A stretch of DNA of 64,000 nucleotides from Phoronis australis (Eukaryota; Animalia; Phoronida). Made by a program: the position numbers and the translations under genes. Within the stretch, counting starts at the first letter, position 1; every line of letters starts with the position of its first letter. The DNA lies in NCBI GenBank assembly GCA_002633005.1, contig NMRA01000191.1:364466-428465 (forward strand). The letters are read 5' to 3'. A model generated the notes under the pieces. That model was not told where the DNA came from. It was given only the letters and a program-made list of their open reading frames with translations, and did no database searches. Of the stretch, positions 48,901-62,928 are shown piece after piece.

Positions 48901-51900
48901 CGAAAATTTACGTTCGCTAAAAACACATCAGTTAATTGCCACCACAATCTTTCACCAAAGTTGGTGGATATTGAGGCAGGCCCAAAAACGTGAAGTAGCT
49001 TAGCGTTATTTGGACCCATCTTCAGTAGGAGCATAACCCTCCAACTTCACGAATACCCTTCAAACTGTTTGTTACATAGAAAGGCAGATGCCAAAAAGAT
49101 GAACCAAAATACCAAAACTGCTTTTGGGGGATGCAGCCATAGTTGACTCCACACGGAAATTTATGGATTGCCTGGTCTGTTTGATAGGAACACACTTGTC
49201 AAATTTGATAGATATTTAGGCGCACACAAAAACTTTAAAAATTACCGCTGGGTGACACAGCAGTTGTCGAATCCATCCAAAAGCTTTTGTCATCCGTTGT
49301 ATTGTTCATAAGAACGTATCTGGCAAATTTTACAAAGATCTTGCAAGGGGTTTACGAGATACAGCAGCGGAAGCTAGACAGAGATGAGCTCAACATGCGA
49401 CCACATACACGTATGGCCCTAACTTCACATCACAACACCAGCATATTAACACAAGAATGCAAAAACAACAACTCTTACTTCTGTAGCACAAAACTAACAG
49501 TATTACAACACTGTAACTGGAACCAAACTTGGGACGAACCAATGATTTCACATGGTTGCTACAGACGTTTGACCAAAATAATGTATCAGAGGCTTTCTGA
49601 CAAGAATTCCAGGACTTTCACGAGCTTGCTATGGCTGTCAGAACAATGTATTATAATGAAAGTTGCTCGTCACTTCAGATTGTGTATGTTTTGGAGCAGA
49701 AATATCAGGCAAACAACTGGAACTATAAAACTCTTATAGCAGTAAACATAGAACGACAGTGAAAGTGGACAAAGATACCTTTGCAGTTAATACCATGGCA
49801 ATAAAGCGGGTAATGCAGTCACATAAAAAGATAATTAATTTGAAATGAATGCCGAACTTGAAAGCGAGGGACTCAAAATAGACCAGGAATGCTCGTCGTA
49901 CAGCAAGTTTCTTACGGGAATAGCAAGATCTCACAAGATCACAGGGGCAAGGGCGAGTATTTTGCCAGTAAGCTCGGAACCATACTTGCACATGCTAGCA
50001 AAATAGCTGCCACCGAAACGATGGGCTGGATTCCGTTCCATGAGAAAATATTTGTGACCGCAAATGTATCATGTCTTGCGTCTATGAAACGCAGCTAAGG
50101 TTTAAAAAACAAAAGTTTTGACTTCAAAGTCTAACAGTCACAGATCTCTGCAGCACGACCACAACAACGGATGGATGACTACAAGAACTAAACGTCAGTA
50201 CACCAACTAACGCAATCTGTAGTGATCGCCAAAATCAAGATGTAAATGGAGCACAGCTCACCAACACTAACCAGCTGTGAACACTAAACCAGACCAAAAA
50301 CAACCAACATCTCAAGTTCACATCACAGCGAGTATGTAACCCAAAACATTGACTTACCTTATCCGTGACGGTCTGAATGAAGCGCGCACACTCGGGGTCC
50401 GACGGGAACTGATTGACGTGTTTCACCATCCATTTAACCACCTTGACGTGGCCCTTGCGGAAAGCCGCCATCAGGCAGGACACCTTGCGGTTGTCCTGGC
50501 TGTCGATATCGGCACCAGCACTGACTAACAGTTGGACCACATCCAGATGACCACCTAGGAATGAACAAGAGCTACATAAAAGAGGATCAACAGTGAATTA
50601 TACACGCGTGATTCAACGTGAAATTAAGGATAGTGTAACGATAGTAAAACATGTGCAGCATGCAATGCAAAATAAACCAAGCAGAGACAAGAACGGGTGA
50701 TATTACGCTTTATTGCCATGCCAACTTCAAATGCATTTGTTGCCTACAGTATTACCATGAATATGTTTCTCGTAAAAATTCTTGAATAAACAACATACCA
50801 GTCTGAAAACAACAAAAGCAAATAAAAAAAATTACAAATGACAACATAATCATTTCCACCACTCACCATTGCACGCTAGCCAAAGAGGAGAGTTTCCCTT
50901 TTTATTTTTCACATCCACTGCCGCATTCCGGCTGAGAAGAAGCTCCACAAAGCGATAGTGACCCTTGTCTGCAGCGATGGTTAGCGCTGTGTCTCTCGAG
51001 GATGGCACGGGAGGGGCGTTGACATCGGCTCCCTTATCCAGTAGGACACGACCCACCTCCACATAACCACCAGAGGCAGCCTCCATTAGAGGAGTCAGAC
51101 CAGTCTGGAAACATGTACAAAGGATTAGGATGTAGTAAAGAAAAGTTCACCGACTGTTAACTGCTCATTAAACTGAAAATGCTTGATACTAGACTAAGTT
51201 CAGCATTGTTACCATATTATTTTAACTTTACCTGCAATGCTCCACAAGGCTGGGACATAGCTTAAGCTAGCACCCATCCAGAGAGCAGCAGAGAGACTAG
51301 CCCGCTTGCAATACAGAAACCAAAGTCAGTAACCGCTTGTTAGTCAGTCTGATGTCTTACACTGATTCCCCTGCATTCATTAACATGGATTCAGACAATG
51401 CTGTATCACATACTCTCGTCAACAACCCACCTTGGCACGGTGCTCAATATTGGCTTTACGGTCAACCAGCAGGCTGACGACCTCGTGCCGTCCCTGGAAG
51501 CAGGCCAGTGTCAGTGCTGTGTTGCGGTTAGTCTCGATCTGAGCGTTGATGTCACTGCCCATGTCTAACAAGAGCTTGACCGCCTGCGTGTGACCGTTCA
51601 TGGCCGCCAGCATCAGCGGGGAGATTCCCAGCTTACTACCAGTTCTACAAAGACAGAGGGGAGGGTGGAGTTAGACATTTTCACAGAAGGGTGGGTGTGT
51701 TAGTCATCCAGCGACTCTAGCAAGATGTTCTGCAATGAACAGCTTTTTACTTCAGCTCCAATTTTGAACTGTGTTTTTAGAAGAAAACTACTTTAGTCGC
51801 TTAAACAATACAACAGGTGAATATATACATAAATAACAATCTGTTCAGAAACGCTCCAACATGCAGCACAGTTGTGCATGACCTTCAAATGCAGCTACGA

Positions 51901-54900
51901 AAAGATCAAAATATAGCTCGACTCTCAATTTAGTTTTCACACAGAGTGACCAGCCAGTCAAGATTGTGAGCAGGGCATTACCTGGAGTTAATCTCAGCAC
52001 CATGACTCAGCAGGAGCTTGATGATGTTGACGTAACCACCAGACGCGGCAAGACTCAGTGGTGTGTAGTCGGAGACGTTGCGGTGCTCCTTATTGGCACC
52101 TCGGGCCAGCAGGAGTTCCACGACCTCGTAGCGACCTCCGGAACAGGCCAATGATAGCGGCGTATCCTTGGTGCGCTCCGACTGGGCCTCGATGTCGGCG
52201 CCATTTTCTAGAAGAATCTCGACAACGACCGAGTGACCAGCGGTGGCGGCAAGGATGAGTGGTGTGAAACCTGTAAGGATATGGGAGACGTGTTATTCTT
52301 AAAAGGTGGCAAAATAAGATTTAAAGCTATCGCACCATTCTAAATTGATAGGCGAAAGAGGGCATGGATTGAGGTCGAAATGAGATACAATTCTAACTAT
52401 TGACCAAAATTAGTTTATCGGACACATGTTATGACACAATGTGAGGTGGTGCCGCACTATAGTCCAATTTACTGGTTAGCGCTCAACGGTTAGCTAGATC
52501 CCTACAAACCTTAACAATATATTGTGGAAACATATTACACAACTCGTGAAATTGAGACTAACCTGTCAAATTTGATGAATCTGACTTGTTCTCAAAAAGA
52601 ACTAACCCGCCCAAGACACCTTAGCAACAAATGTTTCCCTTTCCTTCGGTGGCTGCATATAAGTTCCTCAATTTCCCCCATATATGCTTGATGTTTCAGG
52701 TAAAGTAACCAAAACACAAGAACGTACCCTTCTTGTCGCGATGTTCAATCTCCGCATTCCGACCAAGCAACAGCGTAACCAGGTCAGCATGTCCACCTGC
52801 ACAAGCTAATGTCAGGGCCGTGTCGTGATTGCTTTCCGTCTCCGCGTCCAGATCTACGAGAGGGTAGGAGGGTGGGGAGATGGCTGGCGAGGGGTTAGGC
52901 GTTAGAGGCGCAGACGACGAAGGGGTAAGCGACTCAAGAGAGGAGGTGGGAGCAGAGAGGGGTAATGCCGTGAAGCTGTTGTTCTGCAGCTGCTGCTGTT
53001 GCTGCAGCTGCTGTTGTTGCTGCAATTGATGCTGTTGCTGCAATTGTTGTTGCTTCAACTGGCTGTTCTGTTGCTGCAAGGCAAACATAGAGAATGTAGA
53101 AAGTAGTCATTCGAAACGAAATCACTCACAAAGAACGTAAGAACGCCCATAAAATATTGTTTGCTCTGAGATAGGCAAATTGGTGGATAAAATACTTATT
53201 TTTTACTTCGTATTGTAGAGAAACAATATTAAATGCTAAGTGGCTTTTTACAGCTGAAACATTTGTTAGAAAGCATCCTGGTGGTGCTGCTTTAGCATCC
53301 GTCTCAAGAAAATTCATGTTCAAAAATAAGGCGAGTGAAGTGTTCCAGCATTCCATGATTGTGCCATGTACAGCGACATTTGTATCATTTTAACATATAA
53401 TTATGGACTACCTGCTGCTGCTGTAGTTTCAGCAACTCTTTGTGCAGCATCAGATTAGCTTTCTTCCTTCGTTCCTCCTTGGTCTGGCCAGCCACGTGCT
53501 GCAATGAGGACGACTCCACCTCTTCCTTCAGCATCACGTTGGTCAGGTCGTCATCAAAGCACACCTGTGTCCGCTTATCATAGTGTGGCAGAGACCGCTT
53601 GGCCTTCTTCTTGTCACGACTAGCAATCTCCGGCGACAGCATGTTCTGCAGCTGCTGCTGGACATAGAGGTCATTAGACGCGTCGCGGTTCATCTCGTTC
53701 TTGAGGGCCTCGTGCAGCAAGGCCGGACGTGGTGTCTCAGCATTACTGGTGGCAGGTTCCGACACAAGCCCTTGCACAGTCTCACCATTCTCAGTCAACT
53801 TTTGCACCAGGTCCTTCGACTGCCGCGGATCCATCGCTGGTGGAGGTTCGACATCCGGCGGCAGGGGGATATCCACCTCCTGCATCTGCTGCAGCAACTC
53901 TGCCTCATTCAAATCTAACTCTTCATCCGTCTTGAAACCCGGTGGTAGCTCCACCACCTTACCCTCAATCTTGGCCTGAAGCTGGTCGTGCAGAGCAATG
54001 TGCAGTGGGATAGGCTTGCGTTTCTTCTCCTCGTTCTGCTGCCGCTGCACTGCCTCCAGCTGCTGCTGGTGCTGCTGCAACTGCAGCTGCTTCTGCTGGT
54101 ACTGCTGCCGTAGCTCTTGCAGCTTGTACTGGTAGTATTCTTTCTGCTGCTGTAGAAGCTGTTCCTGCTGGTGCTGCTGTTGCAGCTGCTGCCGCTGCTG
54201 CTGCTCTAGCCGCTGCTGTGCATTGATCAGCAGCTGCGTCTGCGCCTTCTCGTGCAGCTCGCGCTCCACCTTCTGCAACTCTTCCAGGATCTGTTGTTTC
54301 TTCAGGATCTGCTCCTCACGTGTCGTATTCAACACCTCTGCCTTGCGCATCATCTTGTTTATGAATGCTTCCAGCCGGTCGCTGGCCTTCAGCTCTGGCC
54401 GTTCATCCCCCTCACCGGTAAATGGTAGCGAGGAGTCTGCCTCCGTGTAACTCTCATCATACTCCTCATCAAACTCATCCTGATCTGAGTAGTTCTCCTG
54501 GTCCGTCGAGTCCGTCTGACCGTCGGGGTCTGTGCGCATCGACCGGCTCCGCTTCTTCACCATCCCATCTGACACGTGCAGGGGAACGTTGAGATCAGCC
54601 AGATTGATATGACCTTGATCACCTACAATAGGAAATAGTCAACTGCAATCAACACTTAAGCATTTTGCATTTAGAACCTTTTACATTGATTCACAAATAT
54701 GGAAGTTACCCAAATATTTATTTTTGTTTAAAGACAAATTTCGAACAACCAATTACTCTAGAAAAACATTCCATTTTTGTAATATAGATGATCACTATTT
54801 TCTTGGTACCTTCAACATGTAGTACAACGCATGCTTTTCATTTTAACAGTAATCGTCGAACTGAACGTTACACTGATGTTTAAAAATGACTTTCTCCAAT

Positions 54901-57900
54901 TTAATGTAATGGGGAAAGCATCACACAGTGGAATTCTTCCACATTTTCGTAAGTGGTAATGTTAACAACCGAAACTACAGTGAACACTACGCTACTGGTA
55001 GATTAGATATAGTATACCTACCATGGGCTAATTGATAGTTCATAAGGTGTGCATCTTTGGTAACTGTGGCATTGTTCAGACCCTGAACTGGTACTCGAGG
55101 ACTCTGTAACACACAACAGTCAGCCGATGATGAACTTTGTGCAATAAACCAAGTGTCTTACAGGTATTGTGTTAACTTGTTTATCTCTGTTCATAAACCT
55201 TAAGTTAATAAACTTGAGTTTGGCGAATTATGACATTTAAAATTCCAATTGAACCAATTTCTTATTATGTGATACACCATGATCTTTACTCTGGCCAGAA
55301 ACGGAAAAACCTCTAAAGTCATGTGTAATGGCATTCTCTAACAACAATGGCCGAAAAGTTTAATTGGTATCCCCAGAAAAGGTGTGGTTGCAAGACTACT
55401 ACCTTTGTCATCGACTTTCTGTTTATTAAAAATAAACGTGTCTGTTGAAAAATTCACATTTGAAAACTCATAAAATCTTGCCTAGGTTCAATTCCAAACA
55501 AAGGAAAAATGAAGGAAAACAAGAAGAAGAAACTCTAAAGGCCACATGTTATAATTAATGGTAAAGCTTCTGCAATAATCCAAGTCATTTCTAAAAAGGA
55601 ATAGCTTTTGAAATCCTTGAGCAATGGTTAATGATAGCATAGGCAAGTGGGACTCAACTCAACATGGTCAGGGTAAGGCAAGTTCATCCACATGACTGTT
55701 GTGCACTTCACTGTCATATTCAGAAATGGCAAATGAATGTGACATCCTAACATGGTGTGATGCCACTGCTTTTATTCAAAACACAAGACTTTTGAGTGTC
55801 AGTCCTGTTCCCTGTTAACTCACCTCGTGCAAGGAATTATGGACGAGCTCCGGGGGTGTGGACGAGGACTGGAGTGACTGATTGGGCCAGTCGAGCAGCA
55901 AGTTAACCACATTAGTGTGCCCACCCTTGGCCGCCTCAATAAGCATAGTTGAACCATCCTGTAGACACAACATCAGAGTGAACATAATGAACAAGGCAAC
56001 TAAGGCTGAGGTTTCTCCAATACAGTTCACCAAACTGACATTGAAAATACTTGATAGAAACAAGATAGCAGACACACCAAGGTATGAAGATTTTCTTACA
56101 ACCTACCCATCCTCACAATTATCACCGGGTTTGACTGGCTTCAAACTATTTTGACCATTTAGTGGTGACAAGTATCAACAACGTTTGATCAAAGACAACA
56201 GAGTGTTTCAAACACGACGTGTTTTCCACAGCATGATACCAACATTTTTTTAACAAGAACCAGAAACAAAAATTACCATCCAAAACAAGAATTTATTTCA
56301 ACAAAAACAATAACTGAAAAGGACAGGTTCAAACATTGTTTTTAATACAGTATTTATCAAATAAAAAACCTGTGAGTTTCCCAACTGAACTGTTCACAGT
56401 AATTCCCCATACCTTGAGCTTAAATGCAGGGTCAGCACCGTGTGCCAGTAACGTTTCTACAACCGATAGGTAGCCGCCGGCGCACGCCAGCGACAACACT
56501 GTATGGTCCTCGTTGGTGGTGACACGGTTCACGTCGGCATTCTTGCTGATCAGGAATTGCACAGTACACAGATGTCCAGCCCTGGCCGCCTTCATCAGAG
56601 GGGTCCGACCTCCCTCCGACTCGTGCTCCTGTTGAGGGGTACACACAAACATCATATTACCATGGTTCGCATTGATGAATCACAAAATCTCAACAGCAGT
56701 GACTAAGAAACAATTTGAGATTCCACAAAATCCAATTGCAGACATAACAATCTAGAACCAGGGAAGCACATCACATGTCGCGTCAAGTATACTAAATCAA
56801 AGGCAATACCTACAGTGTCTATCTTATGACAAGATGTTTAGTTTTTATGAAATTGGACAAAAACCAAAAAGATGTTGGAAAAGTAACTTGACATAAAAAA
56901 ACAACTATACAATGATACCCACTATGCAACTATATAGAACTGATACAATTAGCCAAAATTTCTATTTGCTGTGAATTTCACTTTAATAAGGCATCCACAC
57001 GCACGCACGCACGCACACACACACACACATATTAGTTCTCATTTCTTCAGTAAGGAACATCTTGTACAATTATGTTCTTCAGTACCCCAACTAGTAGTAG
57101 GTGATTTAAAAATACCAGTCGAACAAACTAGGGACACTGACCAGTTCTGCACCATGTTGTAGTAAAATGTCCGCCACGTCAGTGTGACCGTTCTCACAGG
57201 CATATGTCAGTGCTGTGTCACCAGAACCAGTCTGAGCATGTACGTTGGCACCTGGAACAAGACGGCTGGCTGTGAATTTATAAAAATTCAACAAAACTCT
57301 AAAACGTGAACATGACTAAATGTTTTCATTAAAAAGATTCAACCTAACTTCAAGCAACTCGAACTAAGTGTGTTCACTTCAGTCATGTATGCTTTCAGAG
57401 GAATGACATAAAAATATCAAACCCATGCGGTGCAATGCTTCCATAAAAATACCAACCAAAAACATCGACAAATATTCCAAGTCTTAACTGAGTAAGGTGA
57501 ATTGACTAGAGATTATAAGATGATGTCACCAACTTTATTTAAGTGCCACCAATACCAACAAAGATTTCCAAATGCATATCCACTGGCTGCAATTGCACCC
57601 GAACAAGATATTTTTTACATAACACAAACCAGACCATATAGCGTAAATTTCGACTACCAAAGTTGCCTAACTGACCTTTGTCCAGAAGAAACTTGACCAC
57701 CTCCAAATGTCCCTCCTGTGAGGCCTCCATCAACGGTGTGCTGCAGCCCATCTCGATGTCAGCGTCAGCCTGCACCAGGAAGTCGACCACCTCCAGACAG
57801 CCACCGCACGCCGCTAGCGTGAGCGCCGTCTCTTGTGTCTCCTCCGTTTGTGCGTTGACATTGGCACCTGCAGGGGAAGTAATCAACTGGAAACTCCAAA

Positions 57901-60900
57901 TGTACTAGGTGGCACTGGTGAAACAATAATCCTGCTTACAGACACGGGTACAAAGACCCTTGTTCCACCAACGCCCTCATGTAAGACAGCAGCATTACAT
58001 TGAGTTGACAAAAAAAGAGAGCAATTTCTTCATTAGTGCTACTTAAAGAGTATGAAGGAGCCCATTAAGGTTATTACAGTTGCACTAATAACAGCCATTG
58101 AACCCTTAATCCAAACATTGTAATAGTCACCTTTACTGCTTTCATAGTTCATCGTCTGATCATTGATGCCCTGCATAGTTGGTTATGTTTGCATCTCTGA
58201 AGGTCGGTCCGGTTGGCACTTTTACAAACACAATTGCTTTTCAATTGGCTTTATTAGAGTAGAATGAAACTTGAGTCCAATTTGTACCTAACTCGTTATC
58301 AAGAATATAAATGGATTCCCTAACGTAAAAGGTCTCCTTTGACATTCAGTAAAATAAGTCTAAGTAAAATCGTACAATGTGCCAGCAGCTGCACCACCAT
58401 TTCCTCATGACCTTCTCGCGCCGCCTCCATCAGTGGTGTATACCCCTCATCATTGACCTCCTCCAGGTTGGCTCCTCGTCCAATCAGGAGGTTGGCTAGC
58501 TCTACGTGACCCCCACATGCAGCAAGGGTCAGCGGTGACTCGAAGCTGTCGGCTGGCATATTCACCTGAGAATGGCAAGACAAAGGTTAAATTTGACCGA
58601 GACTGTCATGCACTTTACAACAAGTTAATCTAAACAATCACCTATCAAGACACAAGACACTCCTGGGTCTGAGTGATATGACTGAGTACATAGCTCATTA
58701 ATAATGGTCATTTGCCGGGTTCTAAACTTCTCTTTTTGCGGAAGTAGAGAAATGCGTTGTAGGACAGGCAATTTTTTCTGAAGGTTAGTCCCTTAAACAT
58801 TTCTGAGATGAGGCATATGCATCATACCTGACCCAGCTTATCAAGTTCCTGGTTTGACAGCAAAACTTTACTGGCTATAAAATGGTTGCCTAGTAGCTAT
58901 GTACTGCTGTTGGACATTGGCTTACTGGTGTGCAGTACTGTGGGTGAATATCACACAAGGAAGTGTAGTTGTTCAGGAAGTAGCCACAATGTCCGCCCTC
59001 CAGCACCCCAGTGACTCACCTGTGCGCCCCTGTCCAAGAGCAACCTAGCCACCTCCACGTGACCGTCCATGGATGCCTCCATAAGTGCCGTGTGCATCTC
59101 ATCCGTCTTATGCTCGTGGTCTGCTCCAGCATCCAGCAGGAACCGCACCATCTCCAGGTGACCTGAAACACGCGTTTGGCAAGACAATGGGATGACTGAT
59201 GTACAGGATGAATGAGTAAATAAGAGGATTTTGTGAAGACTTGCGCCTCGCTAAATAATAGTACAGCATCACTTTCATGTCACTTGAAACACCCATTGTG
59301 GCTTGTGGATTGTTACACAGTAGGCCATCGCTGAATAGTGTGTTATCACAACTCAATAAGAAATTGCAAATGAACTTTTGTTCAAAAATTATCATCACAG
59401 CATGGGGAACCACGGGTACTCTCATCACCTGTTTGACGATACGTATAATATATAGAAGGTATACAGGAGCGATGCAATACAGCCGCCAAGCAGAGCTTTC
59501 ATTAATTAAAATTAGCGGGACTGCTAAAAGTGCACGTCAGATTGTTAGCTACAGGTATTGATCCACAACTTAACATTCGTTTTATGAGGTTGCAACCAAT
59601 ACAGACAAATGGCACCATCTGGTCTATGCAATATGCCTCAAAATTCCACAACTCACCGAAAACAAGGCCAATGGTAAATTTGCTCCAATGCGCATGCTCA
59701 AAATAGGTTTGCATCAAGTGAAAATAACAACATGCACAACAGTTTATAGGGAATGTAGAATGACTTAGTTTTGTGCCATTCATTTGGCAGAGGCTCGAAA
59801 GAAGAGCACGTATTGCAATGTGGAAGTGATGAGGCATTTGTAAGCTGGAAAGACATTCTGCAAATACAGCCGACCTTAAGTACTTTTCATATAAACAGCA
59901 TCTTCTATTTTGTCAAACAAAAACACAGGATATAACTCAAATTCAAATATATAATTCAAACTCAAATTTCTCAAAAATGTGCAACTTTATATGTGGGAAC
60001 TTTTTAGATTTTGAAAACACTCTAATAAATGAATTATAAAACATCAAAATAAAATTGCCCCCCTAAAGTAATCACAAAAACCATTTTCTAGAGGCCCTAC
60101 AAAATCTGGCCCACCGACTAATAAGTGAATCAATGTGCACTACTTGTTCAGTAACAAACGTTCCAATATTTACTTCCAAGACCCTCACTCAACTGTCTTG
60201 CCCCCTATCTCTTATTTTCACTTCATGGTAGGTTATTTTGAGCATGCACATTGCAGCAAATTAGCCGTAGTACTTTTTTCTCAGTGAATGAGCTGTGAAA
60301 CGAGGCATATTGCCTAGATCAGATGGTACCATTCGTCTATATTGGGTGTATCCTAAAAAACCAACATCAAGTTAAGCATCGGTACCTGTAATTAACAGTA
60401 TGAAGTGTATTTTTAGCAGTCTCGCTAAATTTAATCAGTAAAAACTCGCTCGATTGGCAGCCATATTGGATCGGTCTTGCATACCTTCTATATATTAAAG
60501 GGTTATGACAAATGGCTGGTAAATGAGCCTGTGGGGGAACTTCGTTGCCTTTCAGTGAAAAGGCAACCAGACTTCACATCTGTCTTGTGGGCGCACAAGT
60601 GAGCAAGCTCTAAGAATATCCAAATAATAGCTATGGCATAAGAGACCAACAAACAATATCATCTAAATTACTAGAGGTCGATAAAATAGCCATTTATGAT
60701 TTTTACAGATTAATTCCATATACTATACATTTGAAATGGCATCTTTGCTTGACAAGTACAGCTCGCCACACTTCCTAGACATTGCGACAACACCCAACTT
60801 ACCTTTATAAGATGCTAACGTGAGTGCGCTCTCTTTGAACTCGTTAGAGTGTGTATTGATGCCGGCCCCTGCATTCAACAGGATCTGGGCGACGCCAACA

Positions 60901-62550
60901 TGTCCGGCACTGGAGGCTTCCATCAGAGGTGTGTGCCCGTTCTCATTGTGTTCTTCCACGTTGGCGTTGGCCGCAATCAGCACACGCACCACATCCTCGT
61001 AGCCACCCTCAGCTGCATAGTGCAGAGCTGTCTTACCTGGAGAGCCACGGAGAAAAACTTGTATTCTCTTGGTTTGAACTAATTACTGGCATCAGATTAC
61101 AGTTATGTATACAAAATAGCACTGCTAGGTTTTCAAGTAATTTTTGGAGACAAAGGACTTCTGCCAAACTATTCATATGGAACAGGGCAGATAAGAAAAA
61201 ACAAGACACAGTGAACAACATGCATCTCAAGAAACTGCTGGACCATTTCCATCATTACTAGAGAAAACCAATCTCTGATTGCAGCCACTGCTTTCACATT
61301 CTGGTAAACTCATAGCTGAGTCCATCAACCCATTCCGTCACTATTTGGATATACACGCCTGTAGATCATGTGTCCTCCACAACCGGTTACTCAGTTGATT
61401 CCATTATTATTGTGCTAAAAAATTTGGATAGAATACAGCTATCAAAGATCTCTATGCTGGTTTATCAACCAATTCTGTCACTACTGGGTCAAATACAAAA
61501 GCAGAAAAAACGGTCATCACGAATCGCCTAACGACAATTTACGTCATTATTGGACTAAAAAAATATAAGTTAATAAGGTTACCAGAAGATCTCAATGCTA
61601 GAGTCTTAAACAATTGCAGCATTACTGGGTTTAACACAAAGGCAAGGGATGTTTGCCACCATGACGCATCATCACCGCTTAGCTATGTGCCGTAGCGCAG
61701 TTCGCCGCCACGTTCTACACAATAAAGAGGAGTCTTGTTCATCTCCAGCCTTTCTTCAAACTTTACACACAGGCAAGTACTTAAATTGGAGACTATTACC
61801 GCTGTAGTACACCCCATGTCAGTGGAGTGAAGACAGGCAAAATGTCTGCACTGATACCTATACAATGAACTTCGTGACAGTGGCAAATTCTGGAGCAAAA
61901 TAAAGAACGGAATCCTCTCCTTCGATATCTACAGTGGATTTGTAAACAGTTCCACCACTATTCAAATAAATCAATAAACACGAGATTCCAGAAGTGATTA
62001 CCATACAAAATTAGCAGGACAAGCTTGGCATTTAAACACGTTTGCCTATCGTCACTACAGGTTTGTCATAACAGCCGGAGGGTCAAGAATTTCGACTTGG
62101 ATTTTGTTGTTTTGACCTGGAAATTTCTTACGTTAAAGGCTGCTGCACTGAATTTTTTCCCTACTAGGACCAAACTCACCACCAAAGAATTACACTTACC
62201 AGACAGCCTTTGTCTTTCAACCAGTGCTGTAATGGAAGCTCACTAACACCCCATACTTAGTCCATCTCAGAGCATTAAAGCATGCTATGAATAACACTTT
62301 ATTGAGAGCGACACATGGACAAGCACAGAAAATCATGTGGACCGTATTACCTACATAACCACTGGTATAGGAATGTTGGCAACTCTGCAGCCCTTACCCT
62401 ACCTGATGACGACTGGGCGTTGACATCTGCCCCATGAGCCAAAAGCAGCTTGACCATATCCACGAATCCCCCGCTAGCAGCCTCCATTAACGGCGTACAG
62501 TCACCCTTCACACCACGGTCTTCAACATTGGCCCGCATAGCTAGCAGTAC
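36928..62550 (-). CDS. ANKHD1: ANKHD1/ANKRD17 (Mask) ortholog, ankyrin repeats + KH domain, 5'-partial; exons 62403-62550, 60803-61036, 59020-59162, 58376-58565, 57676-57867, 57142-57251, 56413-56628, 55824-55958, 55022-55103, 53412-54622, 52728-53073, 51982-52270, 51431-51644, 50867-51104, 50358-50554, 43806-44017, 42623-42759, 41908-42306, 41468-41582, 41001-41141, 40126-40275, 38265-39913, 37689-37855, 37289-37402, 36928-37083 (last exon less certain)
   Basis: Family-diagnostic peptides INTHSNEFKESALTLA, HKTDEMHTALMEASMDGHVEVARLLLD, VNMPADSFESPLTLAACGGH, QIETNRNTALTLACFQGR, VNAPPVPSSRDTALTIAADKGH, AKDRQAAEANKNA, REEGWKEVVRK, KH domain ISRVIGRSGCNINAIRE and PIGTER. Phases close across all 25 exons. 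This may be a single invertebrate co-ortholog of ANKHD1/ANKRD17. Confidence 0.95.
39860..40275 (-). other. KH domain of Mask (split by the intron 39914-40125)
   Basis: SKKVTVPATAISRVIGRSGCNINAIREVSGAHIEIDKQ...DRTITIRGSADATRQACNLITALI, with GxxG loop GRSG. Confidence 0.9.
46496..46582 (-). CDS. Putative alternative first coding exon of Mask (MFINWWLANMICRKVKEIFAQMRRSSTEK), in frame with exon 43806-44017
   Basis: Two in-frame ATGs (AAAATG at 46582; GCCAACATG at 46555), GC-rich coding-like codons in an AT-rich intron, and a phase-0 AAA|GTAAGT donor matching the phase-0 acceptor at 44017. Confidence 0.65.
46635..46765 (-). promoter_or_regulatory. Putative internal promoter of the Mask short isoform
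   Basis: Minus-strand CATAAAG TATA-like box (~46669-46675) lies ~27-34 nt upstream of CCAGT/ACAGT Inr-like sites; near-palindromic E-box GTCATGTGAC at 46720-46729; CCAAT near 46757. Confidence 0.45.
47880..47955 (+). repeat. Ancient interspersed repeat copy in a Mask intron
   Basis: GGCTTGAAAGGAACTGATAGTTCATTATTGCGTGAGAACAGGTTCAACAAGTTGGCTTGTCAAGG. Confidence 0.55.
52985..54240 (-). repeat. Coding CAG/CAA-rich poly-glutamine tracts in the Mask inter-ankyrin linker
   Basis: QQQQLQQQHQLQQQQQLQQQQQLQ (~52985-53055) and a Q-rich coiled coil (~54035-54240). Confidence 0.85.
56996..57029. repeat. (CACG)n(CA)n microsatellite
   Basis: CACACGCACGCACGCACGCACACACACACACACA. Confidence 0.9.
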
Positions 62551-62928
62551 CTGTGGGTCAAGAAGACACATACAGAGGTTTGCACTAACAAATGGACCCA
62601 ATCCATTTGACCAATAACTGTGCTTTCTTCAAGGAAGAAACTGATGGTGGTGTTAACACACAGAGAAAAGTTCAGGTAAAAGCCATGTTGTTTTGAAAAT
62701 AGCATATCTAAAGGCAGATATAAAACTGCATTCTGTTCAAGAGGCAAACCTTTGATTTAAACTACTTACTACTGTAAAATAGGTCTCAACATGTTCCTAA
62801 CTTGTATGAGAAGTGCTTTCTGGGTTTGAAAAGCTTTGAAATCAACTTCCATTTTGACCAAGGAACAATTTCAGTCTTAATTCATAATGTTAAGTGATTC
62901 AAATCAAAGTTTTTGTGATGGAAGACAG

